From Thermotogota bacterium (GTDB lineage Bacteria; Thermotogota; Thermotogae; Petrotogales; Kosmotogaceae), in the NCBI GenBank assembly GCA_034660555.1, contig JAYEJL010000135.1:1-39981 (forward strand): a stretch of 39,981 nucleotides of DNA, given 5' to 3'. This document shows, piece by piece, positions 1-8,764 of this stretch. How positions within the stretch are numbered: position 1 is the stretch's first letter; every line of letters begins with the position of its first letter. Both the position numbers and the translations under genes were made by a program. The notes beneath the pieces were generated by a model. That model was given only the letters and a program-made list of their open reading frames with translations. It did not search any database and was not told the origin of the DNA.

Positions 1-13
1 TTGACACAAAGAG

Positions 14-405
14 ACGTTGTACGTCAGTGGGTTGTGGGTTGTGCGGAAGTACAAAAAACAAAATACTGATATGAGATTTGAGGAACAATCGGATTTGCTG
101 CTTAAGGGACAGCAAGGATATGCGAGCTGCGCTCGGATTTGCGCTTCGCGGATTAAAACACTAAATTCACACCCCCAGCTAAGTACAGCTGGCCACCCTC
201 GAGGGTGGAATCTTTAAAGCAGACAAAACACGTTGTCGGTTGTTGGTTGTATGTTGTGCGGAAAGTTCAAAAAATACAAAACGAGATCCGAGAAGGACCG
301 AAGAGACGAGAATCCGGGATAAAAGTCAAATGCACACTTTCCCCCTGCTTCGCAGGTACCTTCCTCAAGGAAGGAATTTTAAATCAAGTAAAAAAACGTT
401 GTGCG
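14..405. repeat. Modular intergenic repeat mosaic (REP/BIME-like), about two copies plus a partial third
   Basis: ACGTTGT followed by 7-nt-period NGTTGTN repeats ending GTTGTGCGGAA at ~14-49 and ~230-263, partial at ~396-405; each full copy ends in a double hairpin (175-208, 344-374) followed by AAT(C/T)TTTAAA. Confidence 0.7.
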
Positions 406-434
406 TTTTAAATACTATCCATTGCCCATTACTG

Positions 435-540
435 AAGTTTCGTCCAACGCTTGCCTTACGGCGCGCTTAGTCCATCGACATGTATTTAAAAACCAATGAT
501 ATGCGACTGCGCCCGTATATACGCATCAGTAAATGAAGTC
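435..540 (+). other. Degenerate integron attC-like hairpin
   Basis: GTCCAAC (RYYYAAC) at 442-448; arms TACGG/CCGTA, GCGC/GCGC, AGTC/GACT, CAT/ATG with bulges; right end GTAAATGAAG is one base short of GTTRRRY. Confidence 0.4.
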
Positions 541-589
541 TTGGGTAAAATCAGGTAGAATTGAAATAATCTCCAAAGGAGTTTTTAAG

Positions 590-1372
590 TTGAATTCAAA
601 TCTTAAGAAAGATGCACAAGAAAGTATAAAAGCAGAAATCAAAAAAGCATCTGACGCACTTCAAAAAGCGGAAAATATGATAAGAGAAGATTTGGGAAAA
701 AACGCTCCTGAAGATAATGTCTTGCTACCTAAAGACTCAGTTTTGAAAATGCCCAGGCGTTATTTTCGTAAACTGGCTACGATAAGCAAAAAATACAAAC
801 TCTTCTTACTACACGACAAAATATTGGCTAAAAATCTCTCCTATTCTATTCAGTATACAGATTTCATTAATTATATTCTTTACAGAACAGAATTCGGTCG
901 TGGTGGGCTTTCAATAGGAGCATTATTTAGAAAACATGCGATTATTACTGCCACGACGATAGTTGAAGGTATGATTATGGGATTTGTTGAAAAAACTTAT
1001 TTGAAGTGCTCTGAGTGTAAGAAATTTGGGAAAAACTGCAAAATTAAAATTTCCTCTGTATATTATAAAAACAGAAGTATTTTTAAAAAGTACATTGATT
1101 ACCAATCAAGCTTAAACTTTCACAAGGCTCTTAAATACTTGAAATCAGCCAATATTGTTAGTTATGAAAAATATAAACAACTAAATAAGTTGCGAAACTA
1201 TAGAAATCAAATACATATCCAGTACATTGATAAAGAAACCAAAAGTAGACAAAGGGATTTTATGAACGAGGATTATTCTCTCGATATTTACAACAAAGTT
1301 ATTTAATCTCTAGAATATGTTTCAAAATCAATTGATCGTCTATTAGACTCCTGTGAGAATTTTTACAACTAA
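590..1372 (+). pseudogene. HEPN-like domain protein, probably truncated by premature TAA at 1304-1306
   Basis: AAGGAG then TTG at 590; helix AIITATTIVEG and motif LNKLRNYRNQIH; frame continues 21 sense codons after the TAA to TAA TAA at 1370-1375. Confidence 0.5.
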
Positions 1373-1652
1373 TAACTCCTGAGTTTGACAGTTGACATTT
1401 TGAAACACCCATAAATAGAGGATCTTAAATTTAAAGTCTGACATTTTGTCACTACATTTGGTGGATTATGAGGATTCATGGTACAAATTTGAATTTGATT
1501 ATTCTTTCGTCGGAATTCTTCTCAAATTTTCTTTCTGCAAACAATTGCAATTTCAGTAATTTTCCTTAAACGTGAAACCGTCATTAATTTCATTTAGCTC
1601 TGAAAAAAGTTTCGACTGTTTAGTTTTTCATAGTTCTATAATTGTAAATAGA

Positions 1653-1675
1653 AAAGGGGCTCATAAAGCCCCTTT
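1653..1675. terminator. Rho-independent terminator downstream of the DUF2202 gene
   Basis: AAAGGGGCT-N5-AGCCCCTTT inverted repeat with A/T tracts on both sides. Confidence 0.8.
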
Positions 1676-1692
1676 ATCTTTTGAATTCAGTT

Positions 1693-2253
1693 TTATTTGT
1701 TTGATAATATTTCGTTTGCAAATTTTTCTGTTATATACTGATAATCATAATTGGCATTATATTTTTCAAGCTGTCTATTGAATGCTCTAAGATGGTTTTC
1801 TGAACCTTTTTCGAGATTACTGTAAACAAAAAGCAATTCTTCGTTTTCGGCTTGCTCCATAAGTTCAAGCAGATCCTTAATATACAGTTCTTCTATGGGC
1901 ATTCCAACTCTTACAGCATCTACTATCGTTTTACTTCCCATAGTTACCAGTTCGTTATAGAGCGTCTGTAGATGTTCATCAGTGAATTTTCCACGTTCTC
2001 CCAGCACGGGATCCTCCAGGTTGTATTTGTCTATCAGGAATTTCACTCTATCCATATGATTTTGCTCTGCACTCGCTATATTGCTAAAGGTCCTGAGACC
2101 CCAGAGTTCGTAAAGTTCAAGATAAACGTCCCGGGCTAATTTTTCTTCTTCTCTCATTAATAGAATGCCTGATATTTCTTCATCACTTAATGTAGCTGCG
2201 AAACCACTCATAACTAACAATAAAACTGTTGATATAGCGATTAACCTTTTCAT
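1693..2253 (-). CDS. Secreted ferritin-like DUF2202 protein
   Basis: Signal peptide MKRLIAIS; MREEEKLARDVY, EQNH and SENHLRAF motifs; AGGAG RBS before ATG at 2253. Confidence 0.85.
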   Translation of the reverse strand: MKRLIAISTVLLLVMSGFAATLSDEEISGILLMREEEKLARDVYLELYELWGLRTFSNIASAEQNHMDRVKFLIDKYNLEDPVLGERGKFTDEHLQTLYNELVTMGSKTIVDAVRVGMPIEELYIKDLLELMEQAENEELLFVYSNLEKGSENHLRAFNRQLEKYNANYDYQYITEKFANEILSNK

Positions 2254-2301
2254 TGTATTCACTCCTTTTTTTGGATTTCAAATATATGATACAGAGAAAT
2301 A

Positions 2302-2341
2302 CTTAGAAGAAGCTTAAAGGTTGCTTTGAAAAAGCTTAGAA
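2302..2341. promoter_or_regulatory. Four direct repeats at 11-bp period (OmpR/PhoB-type site candidate) upstream of DUF2202 gene
   Basis: CTTAGAA (2302), CTTAAAG (2313), CTTTGAA (2324), CTTAGAA (2335). Confidence 0.55.
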
Positions 2342-2360
2342 TATATGTGTAACTTCTAGT

Positions 2361-2378
2361 ATAGGACAATTGTCCTAT
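2361..2378. promoter_or_regulatory. Perfect 18-bp palindrome, candidate operator of the adjacent Crp/Fnr regulator
   Basis: ATAGGACAATTGTCCTAT, 44 bp upstream of the Crp start. Confidence 0.7.
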
Positions 2379-2422
2379 TTGATTTAAAATACTCAATATA
2401 TACTTTTCCCAGGAGGAAAGAA

Positions 2423-3118
2423 ATGAAAATTAATAGAGACAAACATAAAATAGAAAGCTATGTGCTAAGATTTCGGCTTCAAGAGATCATCGGCAAAGAT
2501 CTCACAGGATCTTTTGAAATACATCATTTTGATAGAGATGAAAACATTTATTCTATTGATGAAAAACCTGACTATTTATATTTTCTCGTTAGGGGTAAGG
2601 TCAAGATCTCTTTACTTCTGAAAAATGGAAACAGAATGCTCATGAGATTTTCCATACCTTTCTCTGTTTTGGGTGATCTGGAATTATTGAACGATTACAC
2701 TGTACAAACATCCGTTTCAGCTGTTTGCAAAACCGAACTTCTTGCTTTAGATATCTCTGTTGCAAGAAAACACCTGATGGATAAACCAGCTTTTTTGAGA
2801 ATGATAATAAAGGAACTGGCTTTTAAGCTATACCATAACGACATTGTTAGAACACTGACGTCTTCAGCTCCACTTAAAAAGAGAGTAGCAATGTATTTAT
2901 TGTTGATGACTTCAGACGAAAGAAATGAACGAATGCTTGATGAACTGGAGACTGAAAGTCAAACGGAGATTTCAGAATTACTCGGCGCAAGCTACCGTAA
3001 CGTTAACAGAATTATGAAAGAGCTTAGCGATGAGGGTGTAATAACTATAAATAGATCTCAAATTAAAATAATAAATTTTGAGAAGCTGAAGAAAATAGCT
3101 TCAGATCTTTACGGATGA
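2423..3118 (+). CDS. Crp/Fnr family transcriptional regulator (YeiL-like)
   Basis: cNMP-binding fold (YLYFLVRGKVKI, VLGDLE) plus C-terminal HTH (SQTEISELLGASYRNVNRIMKEL); AGGAGG RBS. Confidence 0.9.
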   Translation: MKINRDKHKIESYVLRFRLQEIIGKDLTGSFEIHHFDRDENIYSIDEKPDYLYFLVRGKVKISLLLKNGNRMLMRFSIPFSVLGDLELLNDYTVQTSVSAVCKTELLALDISVARKHLMDKPAFLRMIIKELAFKLYHNDIVRTLTSSAPLKKRVAMYLLLMTSDERNERMLDELETESQTEISELLGASYRNVNRIMKELSDEGVITINRSQIKIINFEKLKKIASDLYG

Positions 3119-3125
3119 GGTAGAT

Positions 3126-3566
3126 ATGATTACAGGATTGTTATTCTCAATAATAGCAGGAATAGTGATTGCGGTACAAAGTGTATTCAGTGCCAGACTG
3201 GGTGAGCAGGTTGGTTTCTATGGCGCTAATTTTTTGATTCATGGAACCGGGTTTTTGCTTGCCATGTTTTTACTACTTCTTTTTGGAAAAGGCGAGCTCA
3301 GTATGTCATCTCTAAAGGGGCTTAATCCGATTTATGCCACAGCTGGGTTTATCGGAGTAGTGATTATTTTCAGTATCGCTCAGGGTGTTTCCAGACTTGG
3401 TGCCACTCGTGGGGTTTTGATCATCGTGATAACTCAAATAATTTTTGCCCTGGTGATAAACACAGGTGGCTGGTTTGGAGAACAACAAATCACTATTACA
3501 CCTGCAAAGGGAATTGGTTTGCTGCTAATGATATGTGGAATCATAATATATCAATTAGCTAGCTGA
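3126..3566 (+). CDS. DMT family small transporter (YdcZ/DUF606-like)
   Basis: 146 aa, about 5 TM segments, AGIVIAVQSVFSARLG and GWFG motifs; coupled to the Crp gene. Confidence 0.85.
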   Translation: MITGLLFSIIAGIVIAVQSVFSARLGEQVGFYGANFLIHGTGFLLAMFLLLLFGKGELSMSSLKGLNPIYATAGFIGVVIIFSIAQGVSRLGATRGVLIIVITQIIFALVINTGGWFGEQQITITPAKGIGLLLMICGIIIYQLAS

Positions 3567-3633
3567 CATAGACGGTAAAGAATAGCCGTTATATAAGTTG
3601 TTTAATGAAATTCAGCGATCAAAGGAATTTCAG

Positions 3634-4338
3634 TCATTTCCCAGCTATGAAGTAAAATAATGAGCCATTTTCATACGGTAAACTACTAAATTTTAAGCCT
3701 TCATTGGAAAATAATTCTTTAAGTTGTTTTTCTGAATGTAATGTTCCTCTTATTCTTTTCCTGGAGGCTTTTTCATAACTTCTTCTTTCTGGGACGGGAA
3801 TACTACAAAAGAATCGTCCGCCTTTTTTCAGCGTTCTGCTTATCTCATGTATTACTTTTTCAAGATTTTCAAAAAAATTAAGTGAAAGGTGGCACATTTC
3901 AAAATCAAAGCTTTCTTCAGCAAAAGGTAAATCATCTGCACTTGAAAGAAACAACTCATAATTTTTAAAACCTTCATTTTTCAATCTTTTATTTGCTTTC
4001 TTTAGCAATCGTTTACTTATATCTACACCACAATAGAAGTTGGTGCTATCAAGATAATCTGCAGTTAGGCAGCTTCCAGGAGCAATTTCCAGGACATAAT
4101 TGTGTTTTACTTCAGATATATTTTCTTTTATTATCTCGTAATGCCTTTTATAATCACTTTCAAACAATTTTGGAAATACATTCTTTTCCATAAAAAAGTC
4201 ATATAATCCAGAAAACGTTGAACCATGAGCTTTAGGGTATTTTTTCAGTTTTTCATCTTCAATCAGGATATTGATATTCGACTTCTTTTTTACACTTACA
4301 CCATCACGCAATTTCACAGCATTCACATTATCACCCAC
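3634..4338 (-). CDS. Class I SAM-dependent methyltransferase (start uncertain)
   Basis: VLEIAPGSC motif I, GVDIS, SADDLPFAEESFD, EISRTLKKGG. Confidence 0.85.
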   Translation of the reverse strand: MGDNVNAVKLRDGVSVKKKSNINILIEDEKLKKYPKAHGSTFSGLYDFFMEKNVFPKLFESDYKRHYEIIKENISEVKHNYVLEIAPGSCLTADYLDSTNFYCGVDISKRLLKKANKRLKNEGFKNYELFLSSADDLPFAEESFDFEMCHLSLNFFENLEKVIHEISRTLKKGGRFFCSIPVPERRSYEKASRKRIRGTLHSEKQLKELFSNEGLKFSSLPYENGSLFYFIAGK

Positions 4339-4347
4339 AACAACAAA

Positions 4348-4770
4348 TTATACAGATAATCGTTTTATGTAAGACTTTATTTCTGGTACTGCTTTTATCG
4401 TACCATAGACCTTTGCTTCTTTTATGACCTTTTCAGCCAACTCAGGTGGAACATCCTCATCAACTATTAACGTTCCGATGACAAACAACTTAATCCGAAA
4501 ATTAATTAGTGAATACTTTTCCAGCTGTGATTTGCTGAGTCTCAATACACCGATACCGCCAACTGTTTTCTTATCTGCCTCTTTTTTTCTTGATACAACT
4601 TCCTTTAGATTTTCATCGGAAACTACTGCTTCATGCGAATGCATCTGGTTTCTTATAGCTGTCCTAATGAAATCAGATCTGCTGCTGTAGAAACCCTGCT
4701 CAACCAAAAAATCAATTTTTGCAAGATCAACCGAGCTTAAATTCAGTGTAATCTTTTCCTGTCCTCCCAT
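4348..4770 (-). CDS. CopG/ribbon-helix-helix transcriptional regulator
   Basis: EKITLNLSSVDLAKIDFLVEQGFYSSRSDFIRTAIRNQ; GGAGGTGA RBS before ATG at 4770. Confidence 0.85.
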   Translation of the reverse strand: MGGQEKITLNLSSVDLAKIDFLVEQGFYSSRSDFIRTAIRNQMHSHEAVVSDENLKEVVSRKKEADKKTVGGIGVLRLSKSQLEKYSLINFRIKLFVIGTLIVDEDVPPELAEKVIKEAKVYGTIKAVPEIKSYIKRLSV

Positions 4771-4979
4771 GATTTCACCTCCATATACCATCCATTTAGA
4801 ATATTTATAACTTATATATAGAATACCATATATTATTACCTTTTCCAAAAAAATCCTTCATACCTGTCAATAATCAAACACAAACAAAATGTTCAATTAA
4901 AATTAAATGTTGTCTGTAAAAAAATGATGTATTCTACAATATAGTTTGGTGTAAAATCTTGTGAAAGGATGTGCATTTT

Positions 4980-5465
4980 ATGAGTACACTTATTGTTTAC
5001 ACCAGTAAAACAGGAACAACGGAGAAATGTGCAAAGAAACTGTCAGAATCACTGGGAAATGATGTGAGATTAATTGATCTCAAGAACGCTAACAGAGAAA
5101 ACTTAGATAACTACGACTCCATAATACTCGGGGGTTATATTCACGCTGGAAAAGCTCCTTCAAAACTTAAAAAGTATATCAAGAAACATCCTGAACTAAC
5201 GAAGAAAAAACTTGGGATATTTCTCTGTTTTGCAGATGTCAGCGAAAAACTTGATGAATATCTTGCCAAAAATTTTGACGAAGAGTTTCTTAAAAACTGT
5301 GATGTTAAAGGGCATTTTGGTGGAGAATTCCATTTTGACAAAATGAATTTTATGATTAGAAAAATAATAAAGAAAATGTCAGAAGGTCATCCAGAACCAA
5401 AGGTAAAAGAAGAAAACATTGAGAAATTTGCCAAAGAATTTGGCGCTGAAAAATCTAGCATTTGA
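4980..5465 (+). CDS. Flavodoxin-domain protein (HemG/Flavodoxin_5-like)
   Basis: IVYTSKTGTTEKCA FMN phosphate loop; YDSIILGGYIHAG; FGGEF. Confidence 0.85.
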   Translation: MSTLIVYTSKTGTTEKCAKKLSESLGNDVRLIDLKNANRENLDNYDSIILGGYIHAGKAPSKLKKYIKKHPELTKKKLGIFLCFADVSEKLDEYLAKNFDEEFLKNCDVKGHFGGEFHFDKMNFMIRKIIKKMSEGHPEPKVKEENIEKFAKEFGAEKSSI

Positions 5466-5493
5466 ACTAAAAACTACACTCCAAAAAATAAAG

Positions 5494-5525
5494 AAACCAC
5501 CTTGAAAGATCTTCAGGGTGGTTTT
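5494..5525 (+). terminator. Rho-independent terminator
   Basis: AAACCACCTTGAA...TTCAGGGTGGTTTT hairpin just after the flavodoxin stop. Confidence 0.75.
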
Positions 5526-5655
5526 GATATTTAAGTTATTAAACAAAACAAATTTCTTATTTGAAATCGAATTAATAATCTACATTTCAAAATTATGTCT
5601 TTTACATTAAAAAATGTTAGAATCATACTGTATAAAAACGTTGGGGGTGGGTTAG

Positions 5656-6663
5656 TTGATACCTGAGATTACACTGGATATGGTTAGGGTTACAGAAGCT
5701 GCAGCTTTAATGTCCAGTATTTACCTTGGTAGAGGAGACAAAGAAAAGGTTGATCAAAGTGCTGTCGATGCCATGAGAGGCATTCTTGATCTCATCGATG
5801 TTAAGGGAACGATAGTCATAGGAGAAGGCGAGAAAGACAAAGCCCCCATGCTCTATCCAGGAGAGAAAGTAGGTAAATGGGGAGACGATGATCCTGCAAT
5901 TCAGATAGCGGTTGATCCTGTAGATGGAACAAGGGTAGTGGCTAATGGTCAACCTAATGCTTTATCTATAATCGCAGCTGCAGAAAACGGAAAAGTTGCT
6001 CCGCTTCCTACACACTATGTAGAAAAACTTGCTGTGGGAAAAGAACTCGCCGGGAAACTGAATATAAATAACTCAGTAAAGGAAAATCTGCTAACAGCTT
6101 CTAAAATACTCGACATAAAGCTTTCAGAGCTCACGATTACATTACTGAATCGAAAAAGAAATGATTATCTTGTTGAGCAAATCAGATCTATAGGTGCAAG
6201 AATCAGATTCATTGAAGATGGAGATGTTGCCGGTGCTATTTCCTCAGCATTAGAAGAAAGCGGTACGAATATTTACATGGGCATAGGTGGTTCTCCTGAA
6301 GCTGTTCTTGCAGCAGCAGCTCTTCAATGCATGGGTGGAGAAATTCAGGTGAAGTGCTGGCCAAAAAACAAAGAAGAAGCCGTTAAAGTAAAAGATGCTG
6401 GGTTCAAGTTAAACAAAACATATTATACCCAAGATCTTATTTCAGGAGACGATGTTATTTTCTCAGCTACAGCTATAACGGATGGCTCATTTCTTAGGGG
6501 AATAAGATACAGTCATCATCAGGCGATGACAGACTCCATTGTTATGAGATCAAGTACGAAAACAATGAGAAAAATTACTGCCTATCATGATCTTGAACAT
6601 AAAACGATAACAACAAAAACCGGTGGCGAGAAACCATTCATAAACAAACTCAAATGGATCTGA
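5656..6663 (+). CDS. glpX: Class II fructose-1,6-bisphosphatase
   Basis: VRVTEAAA, GTIVIGEGEKDKAPML, AVDPVDGT, DGDV, GIGGSPE motifs. Confidence 0.95.
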   Translation: MIPEITLDMVRVTEAAALMSSIYLGRGDKEKVDQSAVDAMRGILDLIDVKGTIVIGEGEKDKAPMLYPGEKVGKWGDDDPAIQIAVDPVDGTRVVANGQPNALSIIAAAENGKVAPLPTHYVEKLAVGKELAGKLNINNSVKENLLTASKILDIKLSELTITLLNRKRNDYLVEQIRSIGARIRFIEDGDVAGAISSALEESGTNIYMGIGGSPEAVLAAAALQCMGGEIQVKCWPKNKEEAVKVKDAGFKLNKTYYTQDLISGDDVIFSATAITDGSFLRGIRYSHHQAMTDSIVMRSSTKTMRKITAYHDLEHKTITTKTGGEKPFINKLKWI

Positions 6664-6896
6664 TTGTTCATTAAGAATCCTTAAATTGTTAAATCCGTAA
6701 TATCATGATTTGATAGGTTATACGATTTTCAATTATTCAAAATTCATAGCATTATTTTATTAGAACATCATTATTTCAGTAATTTTCGAACACAACTCAT
6801 TAGAAACTTAATTAAGTGACTGAGGGATCTAATCAAGTTAGGTCTTTCGCATTTTTCTCTTGTAAGGTTATACCGTATTAATACCTACAGTAAGAA

Positions 6897-7532
6897 CTAT
6901 TTCCTCAGCAATAAGAAATATCGGTAGCTTGATTTTTCGTCAAGGTAATCTTCAATCTGTCTGATGGAAATAATATCAAATTCTTTGAACAACCTCTTAA
7001 TGTCATCATAATCAACGTAATAATGAGGAAAGATATTTACCTCCTCTTCTTTTTTTAGTCTGACATTTTCACTAACCATCACGCTGTCAGGAGCAGTGTA
7101 CGAAAAGGTACGCTTTGACAAAAGTGTAAGAAAAATTTCTCCACCTTTCTTCAAGACCCTACTAATTTCTTCAATAACCTTACACATACCTTCTGAATCG
7201 ACATGATAAATGGAGTGACAAGATAAAATTGAATCGTAAATCTCATTATCAAAAGGCAAACTAGTAATATCGCCTTTCACGATATCAATATTAAGGTTAT
7301 TCTCTTCTACTGACTCCTTTAGTATTCTCAACCCACTTTCCGACAGATCATATCCAGTTACCTGAAATCCATTTTCTGCAAAGAAAATTGAATGGCGACC
7401 CATACCACAACCAAGATCAAGAAATCTTTTATAACCTTTTTCCTTCCACCTGTGAAGTAAATAATAAACATCTTCTGATGGTCTGTTCCAGATGTCTTCT
7501 TTAACTCTGTTCCAGTTCCACCATTTGTTCAT
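6897..7532 (-). CDS. Class I SAM-dependent methyltransferase
   Basis: FLDLGCGMGRH motif I; GYDLS; GDITSLPF; RVLKKGG. Confidence 0.9.
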   Translation of the reverse strand: MNKWWNWNRVKEDIWNRPSEDVYYLLHRWKEKGYKRFLDLGCGMGRHSIFFAENGFQVTGYDLSESGLRILKESVEENNLNIDIVKGDITSLPFDNEIYDSILSCHSIYHVDSEGMCKVIEEISRVLKKGGEIFLTLLSKRTFSYTAPDSVMVSENVRLKKEEEVNIFPHYYVDYDDIKRLFKEFDIISIRQIEDYLDEKSSYRYFLLLRK

Positions 7533-7599
7533 TGTCCTATATTACCTTTTTGATATTGTTTATAATAAAATAACATGTCCAGGCAAAAAAATATTTGAT

Positions 7600-8565
7600 C
7601 TATAAACTAAATCTTATACTCGGATCATTAAAAGCGAGCATGAAATCTGCAATGAGATTTCCTATGATTATCATAACACCGCTTAGAAGAACAGTCCCCA
7701 TAGAAAGGAAGACATCCTGCATTCTAAAAGAATTATAAGCGAGACTACCAAGTCCGGGCAATTTGAATATAACTTCAACGAAAATTAAACCACTAAGAAT
7801 TGCAGAAAAAGCAAATCCAAAATCAGTAATAATGGGATTGACCGCATTTTTCAAAACATGCTTTCTTGTAAGTAACTTTTCTGGTAAACCCTTTACTTTT
7901 GCAAACTGCACATATTCTTTCTGAAGTTCTTCCAGAAATTGCCCCCTCATTATACGCATGATAGACCCTATCCTCGGAATGACAAGAATAATAATTGGCG
8001 GTATTAAATGTAAAGCTCTATCAAAAACTTTTTCAGTAAAATTCATGTAAATGTAGGTTGGAGATTTTGTACCACTGCTTGGAAGTAAAAGTGTAAGAGA
8101 CATAATGTAATACTACACATATGCTAGAAAGAAATCCGGTAATGACATTCCTAAAAAGCTCAAAAATGAAAAACTTTGACTTTTAAAAGAATACTGATGT
8201 TTGGCCACATAAATTCCCATTGGAATTGCTATCGTTCATGACACAATTAACGAGGTTAAGCCCATCATTAAAGTGAAAGCAACTCTAATCCAGATAATTT
8301 CTGTAACAGGCTGCCCAAAACCCCATGATACGCCCAGACTGCCTGAAACAACCTGTTTCAACCATCTACCATACTGTACAATAAAAGGCTGATCCAGTCC
8401 AAACCTGCGTTCTAATGCTTCTATCTGTTCTACCGGCATTCCAATAAGCCTGAAACGATCGAGAAAATCCCCCGGTGCCAGGTAGATTATGAGAAATGCG
8501 ATAAGAGATATTCCAAACAAAACTGGTAATGTAAGCAAAAGCCTTCTAACAATATATCTTAGCAT
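7600..8565 (-). pseudogene. Oligopeptide/dipeptide ABC permease (DppB/OppB-like) with two in-frame stops
   Basis: ORFs 8236..8565 and 7600..8103 share a frame; TGA at 8236-8238 and TAG at 8113-8115; the intervening region reads TIAIPMGIYVA...GMSLPDFFLA; EAA-like loop YVQFAKVKGL. Confidence 0.9.
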
Positions 8566-8682
8566 CTTACTACTCCAATTCTTATAGTTTCTACAATTAT
8601 AAAGTATTTTACTCTCAATTCACTACTTTTTAATATTATTCAGGCAAAAGGCTTATCACTGACTTTTTGTTAAACATATTAG

Positions 8683-8715
8683 AAAAAAGCGCGGACGATC
8701 ATCCATATCCGCACT
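8683..8715 (-). terminator. Rho-independent terminator after fucI
   Basis: Minus strand GTGCGGAT...GTCCGCGC followed by T6. Confidence 0.7.
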
Positions 8716-8764
8716 GATTATATAGCAGGTAGATTTTTTTCCAATATTTGATTAAATGAAATTC

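Noticed and set aside
1..470. CRISPR array or short CDSs (17..217, 205..411, 240..470)
   Set aside because: No identical repeats with regular unique spacers; the ORFs are translations of repeat DNA with no RBS or recognisable motifs.
7531..7540. Second Crp operator (ATTGTCCTAT equals half of the 2361 palindrome)
   Set aside because: Half-site only, and it coincides with the AGGA RBS and ATG of the methyltransferase.
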